Of a stretch of 46,899 nucleotides of DNA, positions 34,443 through 43,980 are shown piece by piece. The stretch is from Candidatus Pacearchaeota archaeon (GTDB taxonomy: Archaea > Nanobdellota > Nanobdellia > Pacearchaeales > GW2011-AR1): positions 1 to 46,899 of the forward strand of contig JAGVWP010000012.1 of NCBI GenBank assembly GCA_018304985.1, in the 5' to 3' direction. How positions within the stretch are numbered: position 1 is the stretch's first letter; each line of letters begins with the position of its first letter. Both the position numbers and the translations under genes were made by a program. Below the pieces are notes generated by a model. The model was given only the letters and a program-made list of their open reading frames with translations. It was not told where the DNA came from and ran no database searches.

Positions 34443-35693
34443 TTATTCCAAGAGCCATTTCCATAGGGGAATAAATTTTATGACTGCTTTATTGCCAAAC
34501 CACTCTACTTTTTCTTCTTTGTCAGTATCTTCAGTTATAATTAAGAGATTATTACATTTTAATTCTTTTCCTGCCTTAATAATTGCTCTTATTTCTCTAT
34601 TTTTAGTTTGTAAATCTTTTATATTAAAACAAACCTGTATCAATTGCTTAACTTTCAAGCCTTCTTTAATTACAAAATCAACTTCTTCCTGCTGTTGATT
34701 TTTCCAATAGTAAAACCTTAATTTTCCATCAACTTCGTCTTTCTTCAATTTACAAGCAACAAGGTTTTCATAAAGTTTTCCTAAATCCGGGCTTGTTTTA
34801 AACGATTTGGCATGAATAAATCCATTATCTATACAATAAATTTTCTTATTTGAAGACAATTGCTCTTTGACTTTATAAGAAAATCTGCTTACACTAAATA
34901 AAATGAAAGATTCTTCTAAAAAACCAAGATATTTTTCAATTGTATGCGAGCTTTTAATCTTTCCAATTTTTGCTAGTGAATTATAAGAATATTCATTTGC
35001 AATATTTGAAATAAGATATGTTGCTAAATCTTCAATTTGTTTGGGATTTCTTATGTTGTATCTTTTTATAATATCTTTATATAATATTGAATTAAATAAA
35101 AGCGAGAGATATTCTTTTAATTCTACTTCTTTTGATAATATTTCTGGGTAACCCCCATTAAACAAATATTTTGATAGTTTTTCTTTTGTTTCAGTATTTG
35201 TTAATTCTTTATTTTCAAATTTAAGATATTCTTTAAATGAAAATGGAAAAATATTAGTTAGTAAATGCCTTCCAGTTAAATGTGTTGCTAATTCTTTACT
35301 TAAAAGATTTGAATTGCTTCCAGTAATAATTAGTTTATAACCCTGCCTTTGTAGTCTATTGGCAAATAATTCCCATTTAGGAAGATTTTGAATTTCATCA
35401 AAAAGAACAAGTTTCGGATTATTATAAATAGAGTTCATAGCAGTGACTATTTCATTATAATTATCTACTTCAGCCAGCTTTTCATCATCAAAATTAACAT
35501 AACCAAATTTCTCCTGTTTATTCAAGAAGTGTATGGCAAAAAATGATTTTCCCGCTCTTCTTGGTCCAACTATCACTTTTATCAAGTCATTATCTAATTT
35601 TAAATTTTGATTTCTTTCAATATACTTTTCATTGAGTTTTGCTTCAATCTCTCGTTTCTGCAAAGTTAAAATCTCTTTTATTTCTTGCAACAT
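34443..35693 (-). CDS. AAA ATPase with a DUF4143-like C-terminal domain (paralog 1)
   Basis: Walker A GPRRAGKS, Walker B VLFDEIQ. C-terminal EEVDFVIKEG (nuclease-like E-x-D..K). Confidence 0.75.
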   Translation of the reverse strand: MLQEIKEILTLQKREIEAKLNEKYIERNQNLKLDNDLIKVIVGPRRAGKSFFAIHFLNKQEKFGYVNFDDEKLAEVDNYNEIVTAMNSIYNNPKLVLFDEIQNLPKWELFANRLQRQGYKLIITGSNSNLLSKELATHLTGRHLLTNIFPFSFKEYLKFENKELTNTETKEKLSKYLFNGGYPEILSKEVELKEYLSLLFNSILYKDIIKRYNIRNPKQIEDLATYLISNIANEYSYNSLAKIGKIKSSHTIEKYLGFLEESFILFSVSRFSYKVKEQLSSNKKIYCIDNGFIHAKSFKTSPDLGKLYENLVACKLKKDEVDGKLRFYYWKNQQQEEVDFVIKEGLKVKQLIQVCFNIKDLQTKNREIRAIIKAGKELKCNNLLIITEDTDKEEKVEWFGNKAVIKFIPLWKWLLE

Positions 35694-35746
35694 AATATTT
35701 ATATTACAATATAGTTTATAAATATTTGTATTATGATTATCTTAAT

Positions 35747-35778
35747 TTATTCGGTTTATGTAGGAGATTTAATCCTAA
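35747..35778. repeat. 32-nt exact direct repeat, copy 1
   Basis: ttattcggtttatgtaggagatttaatcctaa. Overlaps the stop codon of 35775..36995. Confidence 0.9.
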
Positions 35779-36995
35779 AATACACCTTCACCCAACCATT
35801 TCCAAACAGACAATACTTTTATTTTTTTATTATTAATACTAAGCTCATCATCTTGTTTATAAGTTAAAATTAGTCCATCTTTTAAATTAAATTTTTCTAA
35901 CGCTTCTAATAATCCTCCTATCTCTCTATCTCTATTGTCTTCATTTAAATCAAAGCATACTTGGACAGCTTTTGTAATTTTTGCCCCTTCTTTTATAACG
36001 AAATCACATTCTCCTTTTTCTTGAAAGTAAAAAATGTCTCTATACCTTTTTCTTAAGTTAACAAAAACCAGATTTTCAAGCATTTTACCTTTGTCTTGAG
36101 AAAAAGAAGAAGAATTGGTGTTGGTTAATCCATTGTCAATTGAATATACTTTTTTTGGGTTAACCAATTGTTTTTTCAATGAATAATCAAACTTGGGAAT
36201 TGTAAAAAGCAAGTAACTATCTTCAAAATAAGAAACAAAAGATATAGCGCTATTAGTTGAACCCAAATTAAATGTTTTTTTAAGATTATTATATGAAAAT
36301 TCTTTCCCAACATTAGTAAGCAAATACAATGCCATTTCTCTTAAAGACTTTAAGTTTCTTAATTTATGCCTAATTGCAATATCCCGGTTTAGAACATCAT
36401 TTAATAATTCTTGTAAAATTGTAGATTTCTTATACTTCAAGTATTCTGGAAAACCTCCATTAGTAAAGTATTCTTCAAATGATTCAATATTATGTTTTTT
36501 ATTCATTAACAATAAAAATTCATTAAATGAAAATGGAAATAATTCAAATCTCAAATGCCTCCCAGTTAATCTTGTTCCCAGTTCTTTACTTAATAGAGAA
36601 GCATTTGAGCCTGTTATGACAACATATTTTTTCTTATCAAGTAAAGTTCTCACAAAAAGTTCCCATTTTGGAATGTTTTGTATCTCATCAAAAAAATAAT
36701 AATTCTTTTTTCCATATTCTTCTAAAAATATTTCATCGAGTCTTTGGAAGTCCTCAACTTCAAAATTAACTGTCCTTATGTCATCAAAACTAAAATAATA
36801 AAAATCTTTGGCTTTTTTCATAAGCTGTTTTAGTAAGGTGCTTTTTCCGCATCTTCTTACTCCTGAAAGAACTATTGTAAAGGGTATTTCTACATTGATT
36901 TGTTTAATAGCTTCTCTTTCAATGTTAGCTTCTGCTAAATCTAGACTTTCTCTCTGCGTTCTAATTATATTTCTTAAAGTTTCTTTTAATATCAT
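35775..36995 (-). CDS. AAA ATPase with a DUF4143-like C-terminal domain (paralog 2)
   Basis: Walker A GVRRCGKST, Walker B YFFDEIQ. C-terminal GECDFVIKEG. Confidence 0.75.
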   Translation of the reverse strand: MILKETLRNIIRTQRESLDLAEANIEREAIKQINVEIPFTIVLSGVRRCGKSTLLKQLMKKAKDFYYFSFDDIRTVNFEVEDFQRLDEIFLEEYGKKNYYFFDEIQNIPKWELFVRTLLDKKKYVVITGSNASLLSKELGTRLTGRHLRFELFPFSFNEFLLLMNKKHNIESFEEYFTNGGFPEYLKYKKSTILQELLNDVLNRDIAIRHKLRNLKSLREMALYLLTNVGKEFSYNNLKKTFNLGSTNSAISFVSYFEDSYLLFTIPKFDYSLKKQLVNPKKVYSIDNGLTNTNSSSFSQDKGKMLENLVFVNLRKRYRDIFYFQEKGECDFVIKEGAKITKAVQVCFDLNEDNRDREIGGLLEALEKFNLKDGLILTYKQDDELSINNKKIKVLSVWKWLGEGVF

Positions 36996-37150
36996 GAAAA
37001 ATATAAGAAAACATTATTTTTAAATGTTTTCATTATTAATGCACACTATTGTATTTTAGTAATGAACACTATTTAGTTCAACGCTTTGTTAAGGAGTTAA
37101 ACTTTTTGATGTAACTTCCTGTTGCTTCTTTGAACCAAAAATAGTCGCAG

Positions 37151-37182
37151 TTATTCGGTTTATGTAGGAGATTTAATCCTAA
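37151..37182. repeat. 32-nt exact direct repeat, copy 2
   Basis: Identical to 35747-35778. Confidence 0.9.
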
Positions 37183-37211
37183 GGATAAAAGAACCCACGA
37201 ATCCTTAAACT

Positions 37212-38405
37212 CTATTCTGGAATTAAAGCAAAAAAACTATAATCTTTTATTTTTGCAAGCTTCTTGACATCCTCTAGCTTTACAGCTTTTACATTATCTA
37301 CAACTTTTTCCATGTTATGTGCATCTCCTTCAATTTCAGAAGTTAAAAGCATTAGCAAAATATTATGGGAATCTTCAAGAGAAATAAGATAATTTCCAAT
37401 TATCTGTTCCTTAACCTGCTTTAATTCATCTTCTTTTAATTCCTTGCTTACTTTTTCAAACTCTTCTAAAATAAGTTTCTTGACTTTTTCAACATTTTCA
37501 GGAGTTGTTCCAATGTAAATCTGGTTGTAAGCATAATTTCCTTCACTAGCTGTATCGCCTTTAACAGCATAAGCCATATTTCTTTTTTCTCTTATCTCAC
37601 TAAAAAGCCTTGAAGACATTCCTCCAGCCATTAAAGTATTCAGAACTTGAGCAGCATAATGCATTTTTTCATCACTTGGAAGCGGAATATGATATGCAAA
37701 AACAACATTTGCCTGATCAATATTCTTTCTTTTCTCAATTTCAGTATTATTCCTTAGCTCTATTTTAGGATAACTTGCTTTTTGGCCTGACTTCTTGAAA
37801 TTCAGCTCAACGAAGGCACATAATTTATTAAAATCCGTATCTCCAACAACACATAAAATCATATTTTCCGGAACATATATTTGGTCAAACAATTTTTTCA
37901 GTTCGTCTCTTGTATTCCTAATCATAGAATCTTCAGTTCCGATAATTGGCATTGCAAAATCTCTCTTATACAAATTATTTTTAATTTTCTCAAAAACATG
38001 CATTCTAGGATTGTCTTTATACATTTTCATTTCTTCAAAAATAACTTGCCTTTCTTTATCCAGTTCTTTAGGATCAAATTTAGGATTGCTAACCATATCT
38101 CCTAAAACTTCTAAAGCAATATTAATATGCTTGCTTGGCATCCTACACCAATAAGCTGTTACTTGTTCAGCTGTAAATCCATTTAATTCTCCTCCATTTC
38201 TCTCAATTTCAATAGAAATTTGCTGGGCATTTCGAGAAGGCGTGCCTTTATACAGCATGTGTTCAATAAAATGGGCAATTCCTTTATTCTCTTTTGTTTC
38301 ATTCATCGCTCCGAATCTGACTGCAAAAGCCACGCTTATCACCTCATTTTTTCTCTGCTTGAATACAACAGTCATTCCATTTTTTAGAACTTTTCTTTGT
38401 ATCAT
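37212..38405 (-). CDS. M16 (pitrilysin-family) zinc peptidase
   Basis: Inverted zinc motif HFIEH (HxxEH), plus downstream EIERNGGELNGFT. Confidence 0.85.
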   Translation of the reverse strand: MIQRKVLKNGMTVVFKQRKNEVISVAFAVRFGAMNETKENKGIAHFIEHMLYKGTPSRNAQQISIEIERNGGELNGFTAEQVTAYWCRMPSKHINIALEVLGDMVSNPKFDPKELDKERQVIFEEMKMYKDNPRMHVFEKIKNNLYKRDFAMPIIGTEDSMIRNTRDELKKLFDQIYVPENMILCVVGDTDFNKLCAFVELNFKKSGQKASYPKIELRNNTEIEKRKNIDQANVVFAYHIPLPSDEKMHYAAQVLNTLMAGGMSSRLFSEIREKRNMAYAVKGDTASEGNYAYNQIYIGTTPENVEKVKKLILEEFEKVSKELKEDELKQVKEQIIGNYLISLEDSHNILLMLLTSEIEGDAHNMEKVVDNVKAVKLEDVKKLAKIKDYSFFALIPE

Positions 38406-38453
38406 CTCACTCTAAAATATACGGAATTTTTAAACATAACTATTGTTAAAAAT

Positions 38454-38512
38454 CTTGAATCACATAATAACTCTGCCTAATTTACACATCTTAAGTTACT
38501 TATCATTAAATT
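38454..38512 (+). repeat. Intergenic composite repeat, B/T module
   Basis: cttgaatcacataataactctgcctaatttacacatcttaagttacttatcattaaatt. Confidence 0.8.
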
Positions 38513-38544
38513 ATCATAAATATATCTAAACCTAATTGATGCTT

Positions 38545-38604
38545 AAAAACCAGGTTAAATTTCTCTAAACGAGAAATTTTATATTATAATGATTCAAAAC
38601 ATCG
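38545..38604 (+). repeat. Intergenic composite repeat, U/H/L modules
   Basis: Hairpin aaatttctc-taaac-gagaaattt at 38557-38579, followed by tatattataatgattcaaaac. Confidence 0.8.
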
Positions 38605-38686
38605 TTCTTTAGAGTGGGAGGTAAGGCGAGCGAAGGAGCGAGGCGAAAGAGTTATAAACTATTCTCAATTAATAATTAAGAAAAAA

Positions 38687-39725
38687 GTGGTGATTAAAAT
38701 TCCAAGCAAAAAAAAAACATATTCTAATTGCTATTATTATTGCTTCTTCTATATTAATAATTATTGCAAGTTCAATTAACCTTATTTTCTTCAAAGAAAT
38801 TCCAAAATCAGAAATACAATTAAGCCCGACTGATCCGCCGGCAGCATATTTATCAATAAATGGGGTTGGAAAATTATCCTCACAAACATTATGGCTAGCT
38901 AGCCAGGGAGAAGTTTATAGCTTTCATGTAATAGGAGAAAATGTGGATAGAACTGAAATGATTCTCCAGGGAGAAAATTATGGTTCATATTTGACAGTAA
39001 AAGAAAATCAAATGGATTTTAGATTTTTAGGTTCTGCTGGACCATATCGATCTTTAACAATTAATGGGAAGAAAAATGGAGTTAAAGTCCCCTTAGCATA
39101 TTTTGGCATAGAAACAGATACTGAAGGGCTTGTCTATCCTTATGAAGTAATAGAGACATATACTAGTAAGACTGAATCAATGAATGATCAAGAAGCTACT
39201 TATTACCCTTGTATGAAATTTAAAGATATACCGGGAACAGCTATTTATAAAGAGTTAAAGCGCAAAGATTGGTATGGTGAAGAGAATATAGTTGACATAG
39301 AACAAACAAGTAAATATGATACTCCTCCTGAGGAATATCCTTCAACAACCGAATGTGAGATTAGAAAACCGGGAACAGAACTGCCCGATAAACATTTTCT
39401 CTGTAGGGGTTACCTTGTTAAAGAAGGAAATATGTTTGATAGGACACTGGGGTGTTTTAAACTCGATAGCATATCTGCATTGTTCGTAAAAACCTTTTGT
39501 TATGAAGCACCTACCTCAGACAAAGATATATTAAGGCAAGAAGCAGTAGATATAACTAGCTGGACTCAATATGACATAAACAATTTTATTGCCTCTTCAA
39601 CAGGGTGCAGCGGAATAACAGAATTATATGACTGGAGACCTAAAGAACCTCCTGCAGAACCAATTATAACCGCTTCTAGTGAAGAAGAATGTTCTCGACT
39701 TCTTGATCCAGGTTGTGAAGGATAA
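38687..39725 (+). pseudogene. Secreted Cys-containing protein whose start and signal anchor are out of frame at an A10 tract
   Basis: GTGGTG ATT AAA ATT CCA AGC, then A10 (38708-38717). The 38943..39725 frame continues upstream as KKKHILIAIIIASSILIIIASS. Deleting one A would fuse the two frames. Confidence 0.5.
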
Positions 39726-39728
39726 TTT

Positions 39729-39780
39729 CTTGAATCATGCCATAACCCTGCCTAATTTATCAATGTAAGTTGCTAAGCTT
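39729..39780 (+). repeat. Intergenic composite repeat, B/T module
   Basis: cttgaatcatgccataaccctgcctaatttatcaatgtaagttgctaagc. Confidence 0.8.
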
Positions 39781-39795
39781 ACCAGTTTAATTTAA

Positions 39796-39862
39796 TTAAA
39801 TAGCTATAAAATCATGCTAAAATTTTCCTAAATGGAAAATTTAATATTATATGATTTCAAAT
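39796..39862 (+). repeat. Intergenic composite repeat, U/H/L modules
   Basis: ttaaatagctataaaatcatgct, then hairpin aaattttcc-taaat-ggaaaattt at 39820-39842. Confidence 0.8.
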
Positions 39863-39902
39863 AAATAGATAATAATTTAAATTGGTTTTAATATAAAGAT
39901 TC

Positions 39903-40820
39903 ATGGCCAGCACAAACCAATCCCCATTTTACAAAAAAGCAGAAGAGAAGTTTCTTAATGCGAAAGATGATGAAGAAAGGCTATTCTATTTAGATGAAAT
40001 GATTAGAGAATGTCCAAAACATAAATCATCTGAAGCAATGCTTGCAAACCTGAAAACCCGCAGGATTAAATTAATTGAAAAAATTGAAAGAATTAAAAAA
40101 ACAAAAAAATCCTCTGGCAAACCAGGAATTAGAAAAGCAGATATGCAGGCAGTTCTTATTGGCTTTACAAATAGCGGAAAATCAGCTATCCTAACCAAAC
40201 TGACAAATGCCCATCCTCCAATTTCTCCGTATCCATTTACAACTCAAAGAGAAGAAATAGGAACAATGAGCTATCAAGGCATCCAAGTTCAGATAATTGA
40301 TCAGCCAAGCCTGAAAAACGAGAATTTTGACATCGGCTTAATTAATAATACCGATTTAGTTTTAATTGTTGTAACAAAAATAGAAGAAATAAAAGAAGTT
40401 GAGCCTTATTTATTGCACTCCCGAGCAAAAAAACTTATTGTTTTTAATAAAACTGATCTTCTTAATGAAGCTGAAAAGAGAAAAATTGGGGCAAGTTTGC
40501 AATCTAAAAAATATAATTTTGTAATGACTTCTGCCATGGATAAAAACGAAGGTATTGATGAATTAAAGGAAAAAATTCTTTCAAGCTTTAACTTTCTGAG
40601 AATTTATCTAAAAGAACCCGGAAAGCCTGCAAGCCAAATACCCATGATTATGCCAGTAGGTTCTGTAATAAAAAACGTTGCTAATAAAATAAGCAAGCAA
40701 TTGTTAGCTTCTATCAGTGAAATTCATATTTGGGGGCCTTCATCTAAATTCCCAAATCAAAAGATTGGTTTATTACATGAGTTAAAAGACAAAGACATTG
40801 TAGAATTCAAGACGAGATAA
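39903..40820 (+). CDS. DRG/Obg-like GTPase with a C-terminal TGS-like domain
   Basis: G1 GFTNSGKSAIL, G2 FTT, G4 NKTD. G3 is degenerate (IIDQPS). C-terminal LRIYLKEPGK...DIVEF. Confidence 0.7.
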   Translation: MASTNQSPFYKKAEEKFLNAKDDEERLFYLDEMIRECPKHKSSEAMLANLKTRRIKLIEKIERIKKTKKSSGKPGIRKADMQAVLIGFTNSGKSAILTKLTNAHPPISPYPFTTQREEIGTMSYQGIQVQIIDQPSLKNENFDIGLINNTDLVLIVVTKIEEIKEVEPYLLHSRAKKLIVFNKTDLLNEAEKRKIGASLQSKKYNFVMTSAMDKNEGIDELKEKILSSFNFLRIYLKEPGKPASQIPMIMPVGSVIKNVANKISKQLLASISEIHIWGPSSKFPNQKIGLLHELKDKDIVEFKTR

Positions 40821-40860
40821 ATTTATTATAATAAACCTAACTAAACCTTATCTAACCTGC

Positions 40861-40955
40861 TTTAAATCGGGCAAAATTTCTCTAAACGAGAAATTTTTTT
40901 ATTATGTGATTAAAATACTTTTTGAAAACATGCTATACCTCTGCCTAATTTTTTA
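40861..40955 (+). repeat. Intergenic composite repeat, U/H/L/B modules
   Basis: Hairpin aaatttctc-taaac-gagaaattt at 40874-40896. B module ttgaaaacatgctatacctctgcctaattt. Confidence 0.8.
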
Positions 40956-41069
40956 TACTTATATGCTAAAGTTTAAATTATCTTAGTAAGCCACACAAAA
41001 AGATAATAAAAACAAAGCATATTTCTCACAATAATCATATTTATAATATTAAATAACTATTTACATAAA

Positions 41070-41837
41070 ATGCCAAAATTAATTAAATTAGTTGCCCTGC
41101 CATTAATTGCGCTTTCTTCATATTTTCCCCTGCCTCTAAACGAAGTAGCATTTGCAGAACAAGCCCAAAAAACAGGGACAATTCAACAGAATACTAAAGA
41201 TGAAAATGAAGAAGAAACAGCATTTCAGAAAAACTTGCAGATGCTTAATAGAAACATTGCGGGAAATTTAGTAAAAAGGATTGAATCAGGAGAAAAGAAA
41301 GAGTATCGGTTAAATAGAAAATTTTCAAATGGCGGGGAAATTTTCCAGGTTTCTTTTTTTTACAGAACTTCAGATAAATCATTTCAAATTAAAATAAAGT
41401 CTGCTTTGAAAGAAAGTTTGCTTACTACTCTATTATCAAATACTTTAGAGATAACTGATTCTCCAGATCCTCAAGGAAATTACGGAGCAATAGATTCTAT
41501 AAAATTAATTCATAAAAATAATGAAAACAAAGATAAGCCAATATCTGATTCTTTTTACTTAGAATATCCTTTTACACCCGCGATGAAAGCTGAATTAAAT
41601 CAGAGATACGCAATGGTTTTATCATGGGTTGGATTAAATAAAAGCCCGTCTATTACTTATTTATGCCAATTCGACAAGATTTACGAACTTGCTGGAAAAG
41701 AAAAAACGGAAGAATTATCAATATACAACCCAGATAAAGAATTTCAGGAAAAAACAGGCAAAGAAGCAAAGCAAAGATTAAAAGATTTATTCAGAGACAG
41801 GCAAAACTTAGAGTTAATGCTCTATTTATTTCAGTAA
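41070..41837 (+). CDS. Secreted hypothetical protein
   Basis: Sec-type signal MPKLIKLVALPLIALSSYFPLPLNEVAFA. Confidence 0.5.
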   Translation: MPKLIKLVALPLIALSSYFPLPLNEVAFAEQAQKTGTIQQNTKDENEEETAFQKNLQMLNRNIAGNLVKRIESGEKKEYRLNRKFSNGGEIFQVSFFYRTSDKSFQIKIKSALKESLLTTLLSNTLEITDSPDPQGNYGAIDSIKLIHKNNENKDKPISDSFYLEYPFTPAMKAELNQRYAMVLSWVGLNKSPSITYLCQFDKIYELAGKEKTEELSIYNPDKEFQEKTGKEAKQRLKDLFRDRQNLELMLYLFQ

Positions 41838-41864
41838 TCTTTTAATAAAAATATCAAAAACTAT

Positions 41865-41914
41865 TCCGAAATCATGCCGTAACTTTACCAGATTTATACA
41901 CAAAGGTTGCTATG
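41865..41914 (+). repeat. Intergenic composite repeat, B/T module
   Basis: ccgaaatcatgccgtaactttaccagatttatacacaaaggttgctatgc. Confidence 0.75.
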
Positions 41915-41950
41915 CTTTATTATTTATTTAATGCGATAACAATATTAATT

Positions 41951-42054
41951 AATAGATAAATAAAGCTAAATTTTCCTAAATGGAAAATTTTATATTACAT
42001 TATTTTCTAAACATACCATATCTCTCCCTAATTTTCACGCGAGAGCAACTATTC
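41951..42054 (+). repeat. Intergenic composite repeat, full copy
   Basis: Hairpin aaattttcc-taaat-ggaaaattt at 41968-41990. B module ctaaacataccatatctctccctaatttt, then cacgcgagagcaactattc. Confidence 0.8.
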
Positions 42055-42276
42055 TTAAATAGATTAATTTAACTAGCGAGTTAATTTAGTATAACCAATA
42101 TGTTTTTCTTCATTTTCAAAATTGATATAATCTCTGAATTCACTACTAAAGCTCAATTCTACGGCGTTATCACTACTCATTTCAAATGCCATAGATTTAT
42201 AAGTTTCAAACTCTGATAAAAGTAATTGCCATTAGAAGTGAACAATGAGTGAAAGGAGGTTAGTAAAAAAGAAAAA

Positions 42277-42720
42277 ATGGACGGAATTTATAAAACTATT
42301 GCAAGTTATTTAGCTCTTGGTACAATGGCTCTTTATTCAGGATGCGCAACAACAGGGCCAAATATTGCAAAAACAGTTGGAAATGCTTTATTAATCCCGG
42401 GAAGAATGATTGAATCAACTGTAAAAGAACTTGATCCTACCAAAGGATTAAGAAGAGGAATTGTAAATACAGGAGAAGCAGTTTACGATACTGTTAGGGG
42501 TGGAGAAGCAGTTGATCCAGCAGAACTTGGAAGAACCAATGGAACAATTGAAGACAGGCCGGTATTAGAAGCAATAGTTGATATTAGCGCTTCTGCAGGA
42601 TTAGGAGCAGGAATCACAAGAATAAAGCCAAACACTTGGACAAAAGCAGGACAAGTTGCAACAAGTGCTGCTATCGGTGAAACTGTAATAAAAGCTGGAA
42701 ACGCTCACAAAAACAAATAA
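42277..42720 (+). CDS. Putative lipoprotein
   Basis: Lipobox-like LYSGC after a hydrophobic N-terminus. Gly/Ala/Thr-rich mature part. Confidence 0.5.
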   Translation: MDGIYKTIASYLALGTMALYSGCATTGPNIAKTVGNALLIPGRMIESTVKELDPTKGLRRGIVNTGEAVYDTVRGGEAVDPAELGRTNGTIEDRPVLEAIVDISASAGLGAGITRIKPNTWTKAGQVATSAAIGETVIKAGNAHKNK

Positions 42721-42728
42721 GAATTAAT

Positions 42729-42775
42729 TTTTATTTTTCGTTCTTCTTTTTGTTTTTTTATTTTCCTTTTATTAC
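42729..42775. terminator. T-rich tract between convergent genes
   Basis: tttttatttttcgttcttctttttgtttttttattttcc carries oligo-T runs of the kind used for archaeal termination. Confidence 0.4.
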
Positions 42776-42792
42776 TTAGAAAATTACCAGAA

Positions 42793-43815
42793 TTAATTAT
42801 AAGCCTCTTTAGACAATTTTTCCAATTTGGCCTTATTTTTTCTAAAGCCTTTTAACAAATTATTAATCTCAACAGCTAAAGCATTCTTCAAATCCAAAGG
42901 ATGCAATTTTTTCTCCTTAAACCGCTTCTCAATTTCAGCATAATTATTAAAATGTAGATCTCCTCCGAACTTTTTATCTCTCTTAACAATAAATCTTTCT
43001 TTATTATCCTGCTTAATTGGCATAATAACACATTTCAAAAAGGCTAATACGCCATTATCAACATCTCCTTCAGCACATTCAACTCTTGAAATTTTATCAA
43101 TTACAGATTTCTCATCATCAAGCAAATCAACCTTAGATCTTGAATCACTAGCAGACATTTTCTTTCCAATTAATCCAGGAATTAATGGAGTCATTATCTC
43201 AACTCTTGCATCATAACCAATTACAGGTAGATTTTCCCTTGCAAACATAAAAATTTTCCTTTGATCTACTCCGCCATACTGCACATCCACTTTTAAATAT
43301 TCTTCATCTAAAGCCTGCATTATCGGATATATTAATCCAGCAAGTTTAGGATTATCCCCAAACTTAACAACCTCTGCTGCAGCTCTCTGACAGTCATTAA
43401 TAGAATTATGAGTAGCCATCTGCAGCACATCATACATATACTCTGGTTTTAACTGAAATTCGCTGCCCTTAACAAATTCCAGATTCTTAGTATTAACCCC
43501 AATTGCCTCAAACATTAAAGGAATAAGCGCCTTATAATAATCATATCTCATTTCTAAAATTTCCCAAGGAGTGTTATCTAAAGCCCCATGTAAATCTGCT
43601 AATAACAATTTAACTTTAAATCCAGCTCTTAGAAAATCACCTAGTTTTAATGCCCAGACAAAATAACCTATATGTGGCCTTCCAGTAATTGCTGTTCCAA
43701 GATAAACAACAGGCTGTTTCTTAGTTTTAAGTAGTTTTCTCAGCTCATCCTCTGTAACAATTTCCTGCGTATTTCTCTTAATCAGCTCAAGCTTCTTTTC
43801 AATGTCCATAGACAA
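42793..43815 (-). CDS. tyrS: Tyrosyl-tRNA synthetase, archaeal type
   Basis: Collinear by eye with archaeal TyrRS: IKRNTQEI, HIGY (HIGH variant), LLADLH, GSEFQL, IYPIMQ, GGVDQRKI, KMSAS (KMSKS variant), KFGGDL, LHPLDLKNA. Confidence 0.9.
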   Translation of the reverse strand: MSMDIEKKLELIKRNTQEIVTEDELRKLLKTKKQPVVYLGTAITGRPHIGYFVWALKLGDFLRAGFKVKLLLADLHGALDNTPWEILEMRYDYYKALIPLMFEAIGVNTKNLEFVKGSEFQLKPEYMYDVLQMATHNSINDCQRAAAEVVKFGDNPKLAGLIYPIMQALDEEYLKVDVQYGGVDQRKIFMFARENLPVIGYDARVEIMTPLIPGLIGKKMSASDSRSKVDLLDDEKSVIDKISRVECAEGDVDNGVLAFLKCVIMPIKQDNKERFIVKRDKKFGGDLHFNNYAEIEKRFKEKKLHPLDLKNALAVEINNLLKGFRKNKAKLEKLSKEAYN

Positions 43816-43884
43816 ATAAGAAAAAGTTTAATTATAAAGTTTGCTATCATATGTATAATTAACATAAATCTAATTTAAGCAGTT

Positions 43885-43980
43885 AATAAAGTATGTTAAA
43901 TTTCTCCTAAAAAGAGAAATTTAGTATTGTGAAAATTCAAAAACAGTATTTGAAATAATATCTCACCCTACTTTGTAGTC
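43885..43980 (+). repeat. Intergenic composite repeat, diverged full copy
   Basis: Hairpin aaatttctc-ctaaaaa-gagaaattt at 43898-43922. agtattgtgaaaattcaaaaacagtatttgaaataatatctcaccctactttg. Confidence 0.7.

Noticed and set aside
37795-38154. Two plus-strand ORFs (37795-38154, 37881-38105) inside the M16 peptidase gene
   Set aside because: They are antisense shadow ORFs within a gene that has a clear HxxEH signature.
42073-42192. 39-aa minus-strand ORF (MAFEMSSDNAVELSFSSEFRDYINFENEEKHIGYTKLTR)
   Set aside because: It is short, has no recognisable motif or ribosome-binding signal, and abuts a repeat unit. The evidence is too weak to call it a gene.
42245-42310. Alternative upstream start (ATG 42245, MSERRLVKKKK) for the lipoprotein, via a frameshift in the A-rich stretch
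   Set aside because: It is in a different frame from 42277 and stops after 22 codons. The 42277 start already gives a plausible signal plus lipobox, so no frameshift is needed.
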